64,000 nt of DNA from Candidatus Enteromonas sp. (GTDB taxonomy: Bacteria; Bacillota_I; Bacilli_A; RFN20; CAG-826). Every line of letters starts with the position of its first letter. The first letter of the stretch is position 1. Below are positions 17,140 to 27,169 of this stretch, one piece after another. The notes beneath the pieces were generated by a model. It was not told the DNA's origin. It did not search any database and was given only the letters and a program-made list of their open reading frames with translations. The translations under genes were made by a program, and so were the position numbers. The stretch spans positions 7,114-71,113 of the forward strand of contig JAXFGC010000024.1 in assembly GCA_034171505.1 (NCBI GenBank). The letters run 5' to 3'.

Positions 17140-17961
17140 ATGTCGAAAATCGTGATTCGCAATTTACACGTATCCGTCAAAGATACGGAAATACTCAAAG
17201 GGGTGGACCTGGAGATCAACAGCAACGAGACCGTTGCCCTCCTCGGACCCAACGGGCACGGCAAGTCCACACTGCTTGGCGCCATCATGGGAAACCCGAA
17301 CTACACCGTGACGGAAGGAACCATCACTTTGGACGGGAAAGACGTCCTCGCCATGAGCGTGGATGAACGTTCCAAAGCCGGTATTTTCCTCGCGATGCAA
17401 TATCCCAGCGAAATCCCCGGGGTCAATTCCGCCGATTTCATGAAAGCCGCGATGAATGCCCGCCGGGAGAAGCCGATGAGCCTATTCACCTTCTACTCGA
17501 GCCTCAAGAAAGCCTATGCCGAGATGGGCATCCCCTTTGAAATGTCCAATCGGAACCTCAACGAAGGATTCAGCGGGGGAGAAAAGAAACGTAACGAAAT
17601 CCTCCAACTCAAACTCCTCGATCCGAAGTTCGCCTTGTTAGACGAAATCGACTCGGGGCTCGACGTGGATGCAATCAACGTCGTCTCCAAAGCCATCGAA
17701 GAAGAACAAGCCAAAGGCCGTGGGTTCTTGGTCGTCAGCCATTACGCGCGACTTTATGACCTCATTAAACCAACGCGCGTGGCCATCATGATCAACGGCC
17801 GCATCCAAGTCACGGGTGACCCGTCCTTAATCCACCGCATCGACACGGAAGGATACGAATGGATCAAGACCGAACTCGGCATTAAGATTGAGAAAGAAAA
17901 CGGTTCGATGAACAATGTGAGCATTGGGGTCTGCGCGACCAAGGAGAAAGCGGGTCTCTAA
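17140..17961 (+). CDS. sufC: Fe-S cluster assembly ATPase SufC
   Basis: GPNGHGKSTL Walker A, FSGGEKKRNEI signature, LLDEIDSGLD Walker B. First gene of the sufCDSUB order. Confidence 0.9.
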   Translation: MSKIVIRNLHVSVKDTEILKGVDLEINSNETVALLGPNGHGKSTLLGAIMGNPNYTVTEGTITLDGKDVLAMSVDERSKAGIFLAMQYPSEIPGVNSADFMKAAMNARREKPMSLFTFYSSLKKAYAEMGIPFEMSNRNLNEGFSGGEKKRNEILQLKLLDPKFALLDEIDSGLDVDAINVVSKAIEEEQAKGRGFLVVSHYARLYDLIKPTRVAIMINGRIQVTGDPSLIHRIDTEGYEWIKTELGIKIEKENGSMNNVSIGVCATKEKAGL

Positions 17962-18644
17962 TGGACAATACCTTTGTTGACGCCCTCGTCCAAGATAGCG
18001 AGTTCTTGGTGGATTCCCGGGAAGATTCCCGCCTTCTTTTTGCTCGCTTTTCGGATTCGGGCGACCTCAACATCACCGTTCACGTGAGGAAGAATTCCCA
18101 CGTTGAGATTGCCTTCGCGGATTTTGCTTTGGGAACCTCCAAGATGGAATTTCACATTTTACTTGAAGAAGAAGGGGCATCCGCCTCGTTCCATGGAGCG
18201 TTCTTTGCCTCGGGAAACGATAAGAAATCGGTCTCCGCGGACTGCATCCACCTAGCGCCCCACACCACGGGTTTGGTGGAGAATTACGGCATCGTCCAAG
18301 ATACCGCGAAACTCTTCTTTTTGGGCAAAAGCGATATACGTTCTGGCTCCTTTTCCTCTTCAACCCGTCAAAGCGCCAAGATCATCGTCTTTGACGAAGG
18401 CTGTGTCGCGAAGGCCTCTCCCGTCCTTTGCATCGACGAGAACGACGTCACCGCGAGCCATGCGGCGGTCGTGGGAAAACTCAACGAAGAGCACCTCTAT
18501 TATTTATTGTCTCGCGGACTTTCCTTAAAGGAAGCCCGTCACTTGATTTCGGTGGGATATCTCAAACCCATCGCGCAGTATTTTGATGTGGATCTCAAGG
18601 CTAAAATCGAGGCCGCGATTGAGGGGGACATCGCCCATGATTGA
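17961..18644 (+). CDS. sufD: Fe-S cluster assembly protein SufD (short form, 227 aa)
   Basis: C-terminal SufB/SufD core (..TASHAAVVGKLNEEHLYYLLSRGLSLKEARHLI..). Sits between sufC and sufS. TAATG overlap with sufC. Confidence 0.8.
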   Translation: MDNTFVDALVQDSEFLVDSREDSRLLFARFSDSGDLNITVHVRKNSHVEIAFADFALGTSKMEFHILLEEEGASASFHGAFFASGNDKKSVSADCIHLAPHTTGLVENYGIVQDTAKLFFLGKSDIRSGSFSSSTRQSAKIIVFDEGCVAKASPVLCIDENDVTASHAAVVGKLNEEHLYYLLSRGLSLKEARHLISVGYLKPIAQYFDVDLKAKIEAAIEGDIAHD

Positions 18645-19869
18645 TCCCATTCTCATTCGCAAAGACTTCCCGATGTATCGGAACCACATTCAAATGCAGG
18701 GGAAGTCCCTCATTTATTTGGATAATGCCTCCACGACGTTCAAGCCCGACTGCGTGGTGGATGCGATTACCCGATATTACACCCATGAAACCGCGAACTC
18801 CCATCGCGGGGATTATGATCTTTGCTATGCGATGGACCAGATGGTTCTTTCCACTAGAAAAGCGGTCGCGGGGTTTATCCATTCTCTCCCCGAAGAAGTG
18901 GTTTTCACCGCCGGGGACACCGCAAGCTTGAATCTCGTTGCCTTTGGTTATGGGACCACCCATTTGACCGCGGAAGATGAGATTCTCCTCACCGAAGCGG
19001 AACACGCCTCTAACGTCCTTCCATGGTTCAAGGTCGCTGAGATGACGGGATGTAAGATCTCCTACATCCCCTTGGACAAAGAAGGAAGATTAACCGTTGA
19101 AAATCTCCGCAAAGTCATCTCCAAAAAGACCAAAATCGTCGCAATTGCCCATGTTACGAACGTTTTGGGGTATGTTGCCCCTGTAAAAGAAATATGCGCA
19201 ATCGCCCATGAATTTGGCGCGATTGTGGTTGTGGACGGCGCCCAATCTGTTCCCCACCGCCCTACGGATGTGAAGGACCTCGATTGCGACTTCCTCACCT
19301 TTTCCGCCCACAAGATGTGCGGGCCGACCGGCGTTGGCGTGCTCTATGGCAAATTCCATCTGCTCACCGAAACCGACCCGTTCATGACCGGTGGTGGAAT
19401 GAACTCAAAGTTCGATATGTGTGGGGACGTTGGCTATCTCGCTCCGCCCCTTCGCTTCGAGGCGGGCACTCAGCCTTTAGCGGAAATCCAAGGACTCAAA
19501 GCCGCAATCGAATACCTCCAATCCATCGGGATGGAGAATATCGAGGCTTACGAACGGGAACTCAAACGTTACGCCGTGGAGAAACTCCTGGCGACGGGGA
19601 AAGCCCATATCTACAACCCGAACGCGGAAGCGGGAATCCTCACCTTCAATGTGGATGGGGTCTTCGCTCAGGACGCCGCGACCTACCTTAATTCGAAGGG
19701 CATCGCCTGCCGTTCGGGACAACACTGTGCCAAGATCCTCAATGACTTCCTAGGGACCGTGGCCACGGTTCGCGCTTCTTTCTATATATACACGACCAAA
19801 GCCGATATCGACGCACTTGCGGAAGCGGTCACTAATGGAGGAGATTACCTCGATGCCTACTTCAATTGA
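18637..19869 (+). CDS. sufS: cysteine desulfurase SufS
   Basis: Class V aminotransferase: SAHKMCGPTG (PLP-lysine), ..RSGQHCA.. active-site Cys. ATG 18637 (MIDPILIRKDFP) overlaps the sufD stop. Confidence 0.9.
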   Translation: MIDPILIRKDFPMYRNHIQMQGKSLIYLDNASTTFKPDCVVDAITRYYTHETANSHRGDYDLCYAMDQMVLSTRKAVAGFIHSLPEEVVFTAGDTASLNLVAFGYGTTHLTAEDEILLTEAEHASNVLPWFKVAEMTGCKISYIPLDKEGRLTVENLRKVISKKTKIVAIAHVTNVLGYVAPVKEICAIAHEFGAIVVVDGAQSVPHRPTDVKDLDCDFLTFSAHKMCGPTGVGVLYGKFHLLTETDPFMTGGGMNSKFDMCGDVGYLAPPLRFEAGTQPLAEIQGLKAAIEYLQSIGMENIEAYERELKRYAVEKLLATGKAHIYNPNAEAGILTFNVDGVFAQDAATYLNSKGIACRSGQHCAKILNDFLGTVATVRASFYIYTTKADIDALAEAVTNGGDYLDAYFN

Positions 19870-20308
19870 ACTCGATCCGATGATGATGCGGGAAATCATC
19901 GTTGACCATTACAACGCCCCGCGCCATAAGGGTGATTGCCCCGATCTAACGGTCTACAAAACCACCCATAGCTCCTCGGTCAATTGCATCGACGACATCG
20001 ATGTTTTCCTAAAAGAGGAAGATGGCAAGATCGTCGATGCTTTGTGGAACGGCACCGCCTGTGCGATTTCCACGGCTTCGACGGACATCCTTTGCGATTT
20101 GCTCATTGGACAAACCAAGGAACAGGCGGAAGTCATCATCGCCGAATACACGAAGATGATTACCGGGGAAGAGGAATACGATGCCTCCGTCCTCGACGAG
20201 GCGCTCGCCTTCATGAACACCCACCGCCAACCTTCGCGCATCCACTGCGCCACCATCGGTTGGGATGCCTTTAAGTCATTGTTGGACGCGGAGGACCACC
20301 ATGAGTGA
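19853..20308 (+). CDS. sufU: Fe-S scaffold / sulfur acceptor SufU
   Basis: [26 protein letters not shown] and HCATIGW cysteine motifs. GGAGGAG SD before ATG 19853. Confidence 0.85.
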   Translation: MPTSIELDPMMMREIIVDHYNAPRHKGDCPDLTVYKTTHSSSVNCIDDIDVFLKEEDGKIVDALWNGTACAISTASTDILCDLLIGQTKEQAEVIIAEYTKMITGEEEYDASVLDEALAFMNTHRQPSRIHCATIGWDAFKSLLDAEDHHE

Positions 20309-21710
20309 TTCCCCAAAAAAAGCGGACGTCCTAAGCGAGGAGTACCGTTACGGCTTCAAGGACAAAGACGTCTCGATTTTCGACACGGGCAAAGGTCTCT
20401 CCGAAGAAGTCGTTCGCGCGATTTCCAAAGCCAAAGACGAACCGGAATGGATGCTCGAATTCCGTTTGAAGGCGTATCGGCAGTTCCTCAAGATGCCGAT
20501 GCCGGATTTTGGCCCTTCGCTCGAGGAAGTGGATTTTGATTCCTACACCTACTTCACCCGCGTCGCCGAAGGAGAACACTCCTCGTGGGACGAAATCCCC
20601 GACACGGTGAAAAAGACCTTCCAAAAACTCGGTATCCCCGAAGCGGAACAGAAGTATTTATCGGGCGTTTCGACCCAATACGAATCGGAAGTCGTCTACC
20701 ACAACATGCTCGAAGAACTCCAAGAGAAAGGCGTCATTTTCCTTTCCTCGGATATGGGGTTGAAGATGTTTCCGAAGATATTCAAACAATATTTCGGAAC
20801 GGTTATCCCCATCGCGGATAGCAAATTCTCCGCCCTGAACGGGGCTTGTTGGAGTGGAGGTTCTTTCATCTACGTCCCCAAAGGCGTGAAACTAGATAAG
20901 CCTCTTCAATCCTATTTCCGAATCAATAACCAAAAAACCGGACAATTCGAACGGACGTTAATCATCGCCGATGAAGGCGCGGACATCCATTACATTGAGG
21001 GATGCACCGCTCCCGTCTATAACAAGGAATCCCTCCATGTCGGCGTGGTTGAAATCGTCGTCAACAAAGGGGCTCACGTCCGTTACACCACCATCCAAAA
21101 CTGGTCCACCAATATTTTGAACTTGGTCACCCAACGTGCTCGGGTGGAAGAAAACGGATTCATGGAATGGGTGGATGGCAACATCGGTTCGATGACCACG
21201 ATGAAGTACCCTGCCTGCATTTTAAAGGGGGATGGGGCTCGTGGATCGACCATCACGATTGCCGTTGGTAACGCGGGGCAATACCAAGATAGCGGTGCCC
21301 GCATGATCCACATCGGAAAGAACACTTCAAGCTCTATCGTCTCCAAATCCGTCGTCCATCATGGGGGGACGGCCAATTTCCGTGGCACCGTCCGCATGAT
21401 GAAGGGGGCGACGGGTGCCAAATCCCACATTGAATGCGATACCCTCATTTTGGATCAATTTTCCCGTTCGGACACCATCCCAAAGAACGAAATCCAAAAC
21501 GACGATTCCTACATTGAACACGAAGCCACGGTCTCAAAGATTGACCAGGAACAGCTTTTCTATTTGATGAGCCGCGGATTAACGGAACAAGAGGCGACTC
21601 AGATGATCGTCATGGGATTCATTGAACCCTTCGCCAAAGAGCTCCCGATGGAATACGCGGTGGAACTCAACCAGCTCATTAAGATGGATATGTCGGGTTC
21701 GATTGGCTAA
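20301..21710 (+). CDS. sufB: Fe-S cluster assembly scaffold SufB
   Basis: YRYGFKD.., conserved SufB core, and C-terminal ..[15 protein letters not shown]... ATGAGTGA overlap with sufU. Confidence 0.9.
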   Translation: MSDSPKKADVLSEEYRYGFKDKDVSIFDTGKGLSEEVVRAISKAKDEPEWMLEFRLKAYRQFLKMPMPDFGPSLEEVDFDSYTYFTRVAEGEHSSWDEIPDTVKKTFQKLGIPEAEQKYLSGVSTQYESEVVYHNMLEELQEKGVIFLSSDMGLKMFPKIFKQYFGTVIPIADSKFSALNGACWSGGSFIYVPKGVKLDKPLQSYFRINNQKTGQFERTLIIADEGADIHYIEGCTAPVYNKESLHVGVVEIVVNKGAHVRYTTIQNWSTNILNLVTQRARVEENGFMEWVDGNIGSMTTMKYPACILKGDGARGSTITIAVGNAGQYQDSGARMIHIGKNTSSSIVSKSVVHHGGTANFRGTVRMMKGATGAKSHIECDTLILDQFSRSDTIPKNEIQNDDSYIEHEATVSKIDQEQLFYLMSRGLTEQEATQMIVMGFIEPFAKELPMEYAVELNQLIKMDMSGSIG

Positions 21711-21716
21711 AGAAGT

Positions 21717-23594
21717 ATGACCGATTTTGATTTGATTGTCGTCGGAGGGGGACACGCAGGGGTGGAAGCCTCCCATGCGGGCGCGGTTTTGGGACTGCGC
21801 ACCCTTTTGATTACCCTGAATCGAAAGATGATCGGCAATATGCCCTGTAACCCTCACATCGGGGGAAGCGCGAAGGGGATCGTGGTCCGTGAAATCGATG
21901 CCCTCGGAGGACTCATGGGCATCGCCGCGGACAAGCGTCCTCTGCAAATCAAGATGCTCAACACCGGCAAAGGTCCGGGTGTCCAATGTCTCCGTTCCCA
22001 ACAAGACAAGAACCTTTATCCTGCATACGTCCTCGCTCTTTTGGAACAAACGCCCAATTTGACCATCCTTGAAGGAGAGGTCAAAAAGGTGAACGTGGAA
22101 GAAGGGGAACTCAAAGGCGTCACTCTCGCGGATGGGCGTTTCCTATCCGCCTCCAAAGTCATTTTGACCACGGGCACCTACATGAATGGACGCATCATTT
22201 CGGGGCGCGATGTCCATCCTGGGGGACCCGATGGAGAACCCGCTTCCATTGGATTGTCCGAGTCGTTGGAGGAACTTGGGATTTCCATGGTTCGCCTCAA
22301 AACCGGTACGCCTCCTCGGTTAAAGAAGTCGACGATTGATTTCTCCAAGGGCGAAATCCAAGAAGGATCGAAAGAGAAATTGGCGTTTTCTTATGCGACG
22401 ACCGAGTTCGTTCCCTTTGAAAAACAACTCCCTTGTTATCTGATTTACGCGGGTGAAGAAACGATTCAACTCGTTAAAGACAACCTCGATCAAAGCGCGG
22501 TGTTTGACGGAACCATCCAAGGAACCGGACCCCGTTATTGCCCCGCGTTTGAATCCAAGGTCGTCCGTTTCGCCGATAAACCACGTCATCAACTTTTCCT
22601 TGAACCCGAATATGAAGATGGGGAATCCATATACCTCCAAGGCTTTTCCACGGGCATGCCCCATGAAATCCAAGAGGCGATGGTTCATTCTTTGCCGGGT
22701 CTAGAACACGCGGAAATTCTCAAATGGGCGTATCAAATCGAATACGATGCCGTCTGTAGCAGCGAATACGATGAGACGTTGATGCTCAAAAAGATACCGG
22801 GGCTTTATGTTGCGGGTCAAATCTGTGGGACCTCGGGTTATGAAGAGGCCGCTGGTCTAGGCCTTTGGGCCGGGGTGAACGCCGCGAGAGCCTTCTTCCA
22901 TCAATCCCCGTTTGTTTTGAAACGGAACGAAGCCTATATTGGCGTTATGGTGGATGACCTCGTCACCAAAGGGACCGATGAGCCCTATCGTTTGCTTTCC
23001 TCCCGTGCGGAATATCGCTTGCTCTTGCGTCATGATAACGCGGACGAACGCCTCTCTGAAATCGGACACCAAATTGGCCTACTTAGCGAAGAACGGTATG
23101 CGTCATTCGTCCAAAAACAGGAAAGAATCCAAGAGGCAATCCATCGTTTATCCACTAGTAACGTCAGCGATCGGGAAGGCCTTAATGCGTATTTGAAAGA
23201 GATGGGTTTCCCTCCGACAAACGATGGAAAGAAGGGCCTTGAACTCCTAAAACGTCCGCGGTTTACCTATGCCCGCATCCGTTCCCTCATGATGGATGTC
23301 TTAGGGGATTTGGAACTCGACGAAGGAAGCATCCTTTCGCTAGAAACCAAGGTCAAATACGAAGGTTATCTCGCGAAAGAAGAAAAAGAAGCGAAGAACT
23401 TCATCAAGGAAGAAGCCATGCTTCTCCCGCCGGACGTGGATTACCTCCATATGGACGGGTTACGACTCGAAGCCCGTCAAAAGCTCGACCGTATTCGTCC
23501 AACTTCCATCGGCCAAGCGAGTCGAATTGCGGGGGTCAATCCCGCGGATATTTCCATCCTCATGTTATATCTAAAGAAGGAGAAACGTTTATGA
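21717..23594 (+). CDS. mnmG: tRNA uridine 5-carboxymethylaminomethyl modification enzyme MnmG (GidA)
   Basis: DLIVVGGGHAGVEA FAD motif, GPRYCPA, full-length 625 aa. Confidence 0.95.
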   Translation: MTDFDLIVVGGGHAGVEASHAGAVLGLRTLLITLNRKMIGNMPCNPHIGGSAKGIVVREIDALGGLMGIAADKRPLQIKMLNTGKGPGVQCLRSQQDKNLYPAYVLALLEQTPNLTILEGEVKKVNVEEGELKGVTLADGRFLSASKVILTTGTYMNGRIISGRDVHPGGPDGEPASIGLSESLEELGISMVRLKTGTPPRLKKSTIDFSKGEIQEGSKEKLAFSYATTEFVPFEKQLPCYLIYAGEETIQLVKDNLDQSAVFDGTIQGTGPRYCPAFESKVVRFADKPRHQLFLEPEYEDGESIYLQGFSTGMPHEIQEAMVHSLPGLEHAEILKWAYQIEYDAVCSSEYDETLMLKKIPGLYVAGQICGTSGYEEAAGLGLWAGVNAARAFFHQSPFVLKRNEAYIGVMVDDLVTKGTDEPYRLLSSRAEYRLLLRHDNADERLSEIGHQIGLLSEERYASFVQKQERIQEAIHRLSTSNVSDREGLNAYLKEMGFPPTNDGKKGLELLKRPRFTYARIRSLMMDVLGDLELDEGSILSLETKVKYEGYLAKEEKEAKNFIKEEAMLLPPDVDYLHMDGLRLEARQKLDRIRPTSIGQASRIAGVNPADISILMLYLKKEKRL

Positions 23595-24289
23595 CGTACG
23601 AAGAATTGGCTCTGGAAACCGCGAAACTCGGTTTGTCTTTGTCTCCTGACACAATTGAGAAACTCCATCGCTATGCAGTGTTGCTAAAAGAATGGAACGA
23701 GAAGATGAACTTAACCGCGATCACCGAGGAAAACGAAGTCATCGAAAAACACTTCTACGATTCGCTTCTCGCTGCCTCCGTTTATGACTTCTCAAATAAG
23801 AAAATCGCCGATATCGGAAGTGGGGCGGGATTCCCCGGAATGGTTCTTGCCCTGGTTTACCCAAGCGCGAAAGTCACCTTAATTGATGCGACCAAAAAGA
23901 AGTTCCTTTTCTTGGAAACGGTCGTGAAAGAACTGCAAATCCCCAATGTAAAATTCCATATCGGACGCGTGGAAGACATGAAAATGGAACGGGAAACCTT
24001 CGATTGCGTCACTTCCCGTGGGTTTGCCGCGATGAACGTATTTTTAGAAGTCGCGGCTCCCTTGACCCGAGTCAACGGCATTATCGTCGCCCTCAAAGGT
24101 TTACGTGGGGAAGAAGAACTTCACGCTGCCTTAAATGCCGAGCAAAAGTTGGACCTTCACCTTCGAAAAAGAGCGGTCCTCAAACTCCCGAGTGGGGATA
24201 CCCGTAGCATTTTCACTTTCGAAAAGACTCGGAAAACGAGCCCAAAGTACCCTCGTCCTTGGGCGGAGATTTCCAAAAAACCTCTTTGA
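23591..24289 (+). CDS. rsmG: 16S rRNA (guanine527-N7)-methyltransferase RsmG (GidB)
   Basis: NLTAI..HFYDSL, DIGSGAGFPG SAM motif. ATGA overlap with mnmG. Confidence 0.9.
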   Translation: MTYEELALETAKLGLSLSPDTIEKLHRYAVLLKEWNEKMNLTAITEENEVIEKHFYDSLLAASVYDFSNKKIADIGSGAGFPGMVLALVYPSAKVTLIDATKKKFLFLETVVKELQIPNVKFHIGRVEDMKMERETFDCVTSRGFAAMNVFLEVAAPLTRVNGIIVALKGLRGEEELHAALNAEQKLDLHLRKRAVLKLPSGDTRSIFTFEKTRKTSPKYPRPWAEISKKPL

Positions 24290-24328
24290 GGGTGTTCCTT
24301 CTTTTCTTGAAAAGGTTAATATTCTTCT

Positions 24329-25102
24329 ATGGCGAAAATCATATCCATCGCAAATCAAAAAGGCGGGGTTGGCAAAACCACGACCGCCATCAACCTTTCG
24401 AGCGCCCTTGCCCATATGGGACGGCGCGTTTTGCTCGTGGATATGGATCCCCAAGGCAATGCCGGACGGGGGATGGGGGTGGACATCGCTACCCCGAACC
24501 GCACCATCTACGAAGCTTTGCTCGGGGATTGTTCCATCGAGCAAGCGATGGTCAAAACGCAGTTTGATGAACTGACCGTCATCCCCTCGAATTTACGTCT
24601 CGCCAACCTTGAGGCGTCCATGTATTCGACCCCTCGTGCTCAACCGTTTTTCCTTCTTCGGGAGGTTTTAGCCCCGATCAAGGACGACTTTGATTACATC
24701 ATTATCGACTGCCCTCCATCGCTGGGCCTGCTCAATTTGAACGCGCTTTCTTGCTCCACGAGCGTTTTGATTCCCGTTCAATGCGAATACTTCGCGATGG
24801 AAGCCGTGGCCGCGATCCTTTCTTCCATCCATAACGTCCAAAACCAATGGAACCCCGAACTATCCATCGAAGGATTCTTGCTTACGATGTACGATTGCCG
24901 GACCCAACTTGGCATGGAGATCCAACAGGAAGTCCGTCGTTATTTCAAGGAAACGACTTTTGTCACCGCGATTCCGCGGAACCAAAGCATTTCGGAATCC
25001 CAGGCCCGTCAATTGCCCGTGACCGTCTTCCGTCCGACTTCCGCGGGAAGTTACGCCTATATCGCCGTCGCGAAGGAAGTGATCGACCATGAGCGCTCCT
25101 GA
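24329..25102 (+). CDS. soj: chromosome partitioning ATPase ParA/Soj
   Basis: IANQKGGVGKTTTAINL deviant Walker A, VDMDPQGN. Confidence 0.9.
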   Translation: MAKIISIANQKGGVGKTTTAINLSSALAHMGRRVLLVDMDPQGNAGRGMGVDIATPNRTIYEALLGDCSIEQAMVKTQFDELTVIPSNLRLANLEASMYSTPRAQPFFLLREVLAPIKDDFDYIIIDCPPSLGLLNLNALSCSTSVLIPVQCEYFAMEAVAAILSSIHNVQNQWNPELSIEGFLLTMYDCRTQLGMEIQQEVRRYFKETTFVTAIPRNQSISESQARQLPVTVFRPTSAGSYAYIAVAKEVIDHERS

Positions 25103-25937
25103 AAAGCCGAGCCCGATTTCGGGATCCCTTTCCTCCCTAATTGAAAAATTCTCCCATAGCGATGTCATCGCCGAAATGGAGAAGGAATATCAAAGCGCTC
25201 CCACCAAACTCCTTTCGATTTCCTTAATCGATGACAATCACTATGTATCCGAAGTGATTCTTCCCGACGAAGTGGTCGAGAGCTTTTCTTCCTCCCTTCA
25301 AAAGAAAGGTTTTTATAACCCCGTTGTCGTGCGTCAAAAAGAGAACGGACGTTACGAATTGATTTTGGGGAGAAAACGTTTCTTTGCCGCGAAGAAAGCA
25401 GGCATGCTTTCCCTTCCAAGCGCCGTCCTGGAGGTCGGAGACGAAGAAACCCTCCTTATGCTTCTGGCGGATACCCGTGACCAGCGCGAGTTTAACGTCG
25501 TGGAAATGGGGCTTGTTTGCCAAGCCTTGTCCAAAGAATTCCATTACACCCAACAAATGCTCGCGGATCTTTCCCATCAATCCCGTTCCCAAATCACCAA
25601 CACGATGCGGATTCTCAAACTCCCTCCCTGGGTAAGAAAAGAAGTGTGTCTTGGTAAATTAAGTTACGGACACGCGCGTGCGATTGCCTCTCTTTCCACT
25701 AGGGAAGCCGAGGCGATGGTGAAGCGGATTCAAGAGGAATATTTGTCCGTCCGCGCAACCGAGGCGATTATCCGAAAATCGCAAAAACAGGCGACCCATA
25801 TAGGCGAGTTCAAGGCAATCGAGGATCATTTTGGGGCGGAAATTTCCTTAGAAGAAAGTTCTGTTACCTTTCAATTTTCAACCTCGGAAGAACTTAAAAA
25901 GTTCTTGCGAAAACTCAAGAAAAAGCTCCTTAAATAA
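25089..25937 (+). CDS. spo0J: ParB/Spo0J-family partition protein
   Basis: ParB N-terminal box (LILGRKRFFAAKKAG) and an HTH region. Overlaps soj by 14 nt. Confidence 0.8.
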   Translation: MSAPEKPSPISGSLSSLIEKFSHSDVIAEMEKEYQSAPTKLLSISLIDDNHYVSEVILPDEVVESFSSSLQKKGFYNPVVVRQKENGRYELILGRKRFFAAKKAGMLSLPSAVLEVGDEETLLMLLADTRDQREFNVVEMGLVCQALSKEFHYTQQMLADLSHQSRSQITNTMRILKLPPWVRKEVCLGKLSYGHARAIASLSTREAEAMVKRIQEEYLSVRATEAIIRKSQKQATHIGEFKAIEDHFGAEISLEESSVTFQFSTSEELKKFLRKLKKKLLK

Positions 25938-25941
25938 CCCC

Positions 25942-25971
25942 TTGTATAGTGGAAATATCGGTGCGTATAAT
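25942..25971 (+). promoter_or_regulatory. promoter for the FMN riboswitch and ribU (-35 TTGTAT, 18-nt spacer, -10 TATAAT)
   Basis: Hexamers at 25942-25947 and 25966-25971, directly upstream of the riboswitch. Confidence 0.5.
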
Positions 25972-25974
25972 ACT

Positions 25975-26095
25975 CCCGTAACTTCAGGGCGACGAGAATT
26001 ACGTCGACTGGCGGTATAGCCCGCGAGCCATTACGGCACGATTTGGTGAAATTCCAAAGCCAACGGTAAAGTCCGGATAGAAGAAGGGTTTTCGG
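25975..26095 (+). promoter_or_regulatory. FMN riboswitch (RFN element)
   Basis: Conserved RFN core strings: CTTCAGGGC..., GGCGGTATAGCCCGCGAGC, GATTTGGTGAAATTCCAAAGCCAACGGTAAAGTCCGGATAGAAGAAGG. Located upstream of a RibU-type transporter. Boundaries are approximate. Confidence 0.85.
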
Positions 26096-26131
26096 GGCCT
26101 TGGAGTCTACCATTATGTTGGAGGATTCCCT

Positions 26132-26899
26132 ATGACACCTGAGCAAAAGTGGATGATCTTCGGCATTATCGCCGGAGTTTTTGTTATCGCCACCATTATC
26201 CTTTGCATTTTCCGGGCTAAACACCCCGAGTCGTTTACTATAAAAATGCTCGCTCGCATCGGTATTTTCACCGCATTCTCGACGATTCTTTATGTCGTTC
26301 CCGCCCTGCAAATTCCCTTGCCTTTTTTCCCGGCTTTCTTAACCATCCACATCGATGAAGTCCCTTCCATGTTGGCGGGATTTGCCTTTGGTCCTTTCGT
26401 GGGTATTGCCACGGTTGTCTGTAAGACCCTCATCAAGTTACCCCTTACGACCACGATGTGTGTTGGGGAACTTTCCGACGTCATCTTGAGTACCGTTTAT
26501 GTTGGGGTCACTTCCTGGTTATTCAACAAAAAACGGAATATCGCCGGGGCGAGCATCGCGATTGGGGTTGGCACCCTCATCCAAGTCCCCCTGGCAATGG
26601 TTCTCAACGTCTATGTCTTGATTCCTTTCTATATCAACTTGATGGGATTCACCGAAGAGATGCTCCTTGGCATGATGCAAGCCGCCGTCCCCGCCATCAC
26701 CGATGTGGGTTGGAGTTATGGTATCTTGGCCGTCTTGCCGTTCAATTTGCTTAAGGACGCCATCGTAATTATTTTGACTCTTGTTTGCTATCGCTTCCTC
26801 CGCGTTGTGCTGGAGAAAATGCATAAAGATAAGGTGCGGGAACACGCTGCCGCCGAAGAAGTGGAGACCTCCGGCGACAGTGGTCAAAATATCCTTTAG
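26132..26899 (+). CDS. ribU: ECF transporter S component, riboflavin transporter RibU-like
   Basis: Multi-TM protein. LTIHIDEVPSMLAGFAFGPFVG and VLPFNLLKDAIVI resemble RibU/FmnP. Preceded by the FMN riboswitch. Confidence 0.8.
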   Translation: MTPEQKWMIFGIIAGVFVIATIILCIFRAKHPESFTIKMLARIGIFTAFSTILYVVPALQIPLPFFPAFLTIHIDEVPSMLAGFAFGPFVGIATVVCKTLIKLPLTTTMCVGELSDVILSTVYVGVTSWLFNKKRNIAGASIAIGVGTLIQVPLAMVLNVYVLIPFYINLMGFTEEMLLGMMQAAVPAITDVGWSYGILAVLPFNLLKDAIVIILTLVCYRFLRVVLEKMHKDKVREHAAAEEVETSGDSGQNIL

Positions 26900-26947
26900 T
26901 CCTTTCAATAAAGGGTACCGTTCTCGCTTCTTTTTCGAAAAGTTGCA

Positions 26948-26981
26948 CAAAAAAAGGACCGCAGCCGCGGCCCATTTTTTG
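26948..26981. terminator. bidirectional terminator between ribU and the ferredoxin gene
   Basis: GGACCGC/GCGGCCC stem with one mismatch, flanked by an A-run (26948-26955) and a T-run (26975-26980). Confidence 0.5.
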
Positions 26982-26989
26982 TTGATTGC

Positions 26990-27169
26990 TTACTCTTCAA
27001 CGATCGCTTGGACCGGGCAGCTCGCAACGGCGTCAGCGATATCCGCTTCGTCGCCGTCGGCAATGACTTCGGCCTTGCCATCGTCGTTGAAAGCGAAGAT
27101 GTCGCTGTGGGCACCGACACAGGCGCCGCAGCCAATGCATTCATCCGCGTTAACAATGACTTTGCTCAT
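26990..27169 (-). CDS. small 4Fe-4S ferredoxin (59 aa)
   Basis: MSKVIVNADECIGCGACV...ASCPVQAI cluster ligands. GGAGGAA SD before ATG 27169 (M47 of the listed ORF). Confidence 0.85.
   Translation of the reverse strand: MSKVIVNADECIGCGACVGAHSDIFAFNDDGKAEVIADGDEADIADAVASCPVQAIVEE

Noticed and set aside
16949-17155. A 68-aa ORF (TTG start) in the lipoprotein/suf intergenic region, with a possible 45-aa version from ATG 17018.
   Set aside because: It is highly basic with a random-looking sequence. It runs through the predicted suf promoter and into the sufC start. No convincing SD exists for the TTG start, and I know of no homology.
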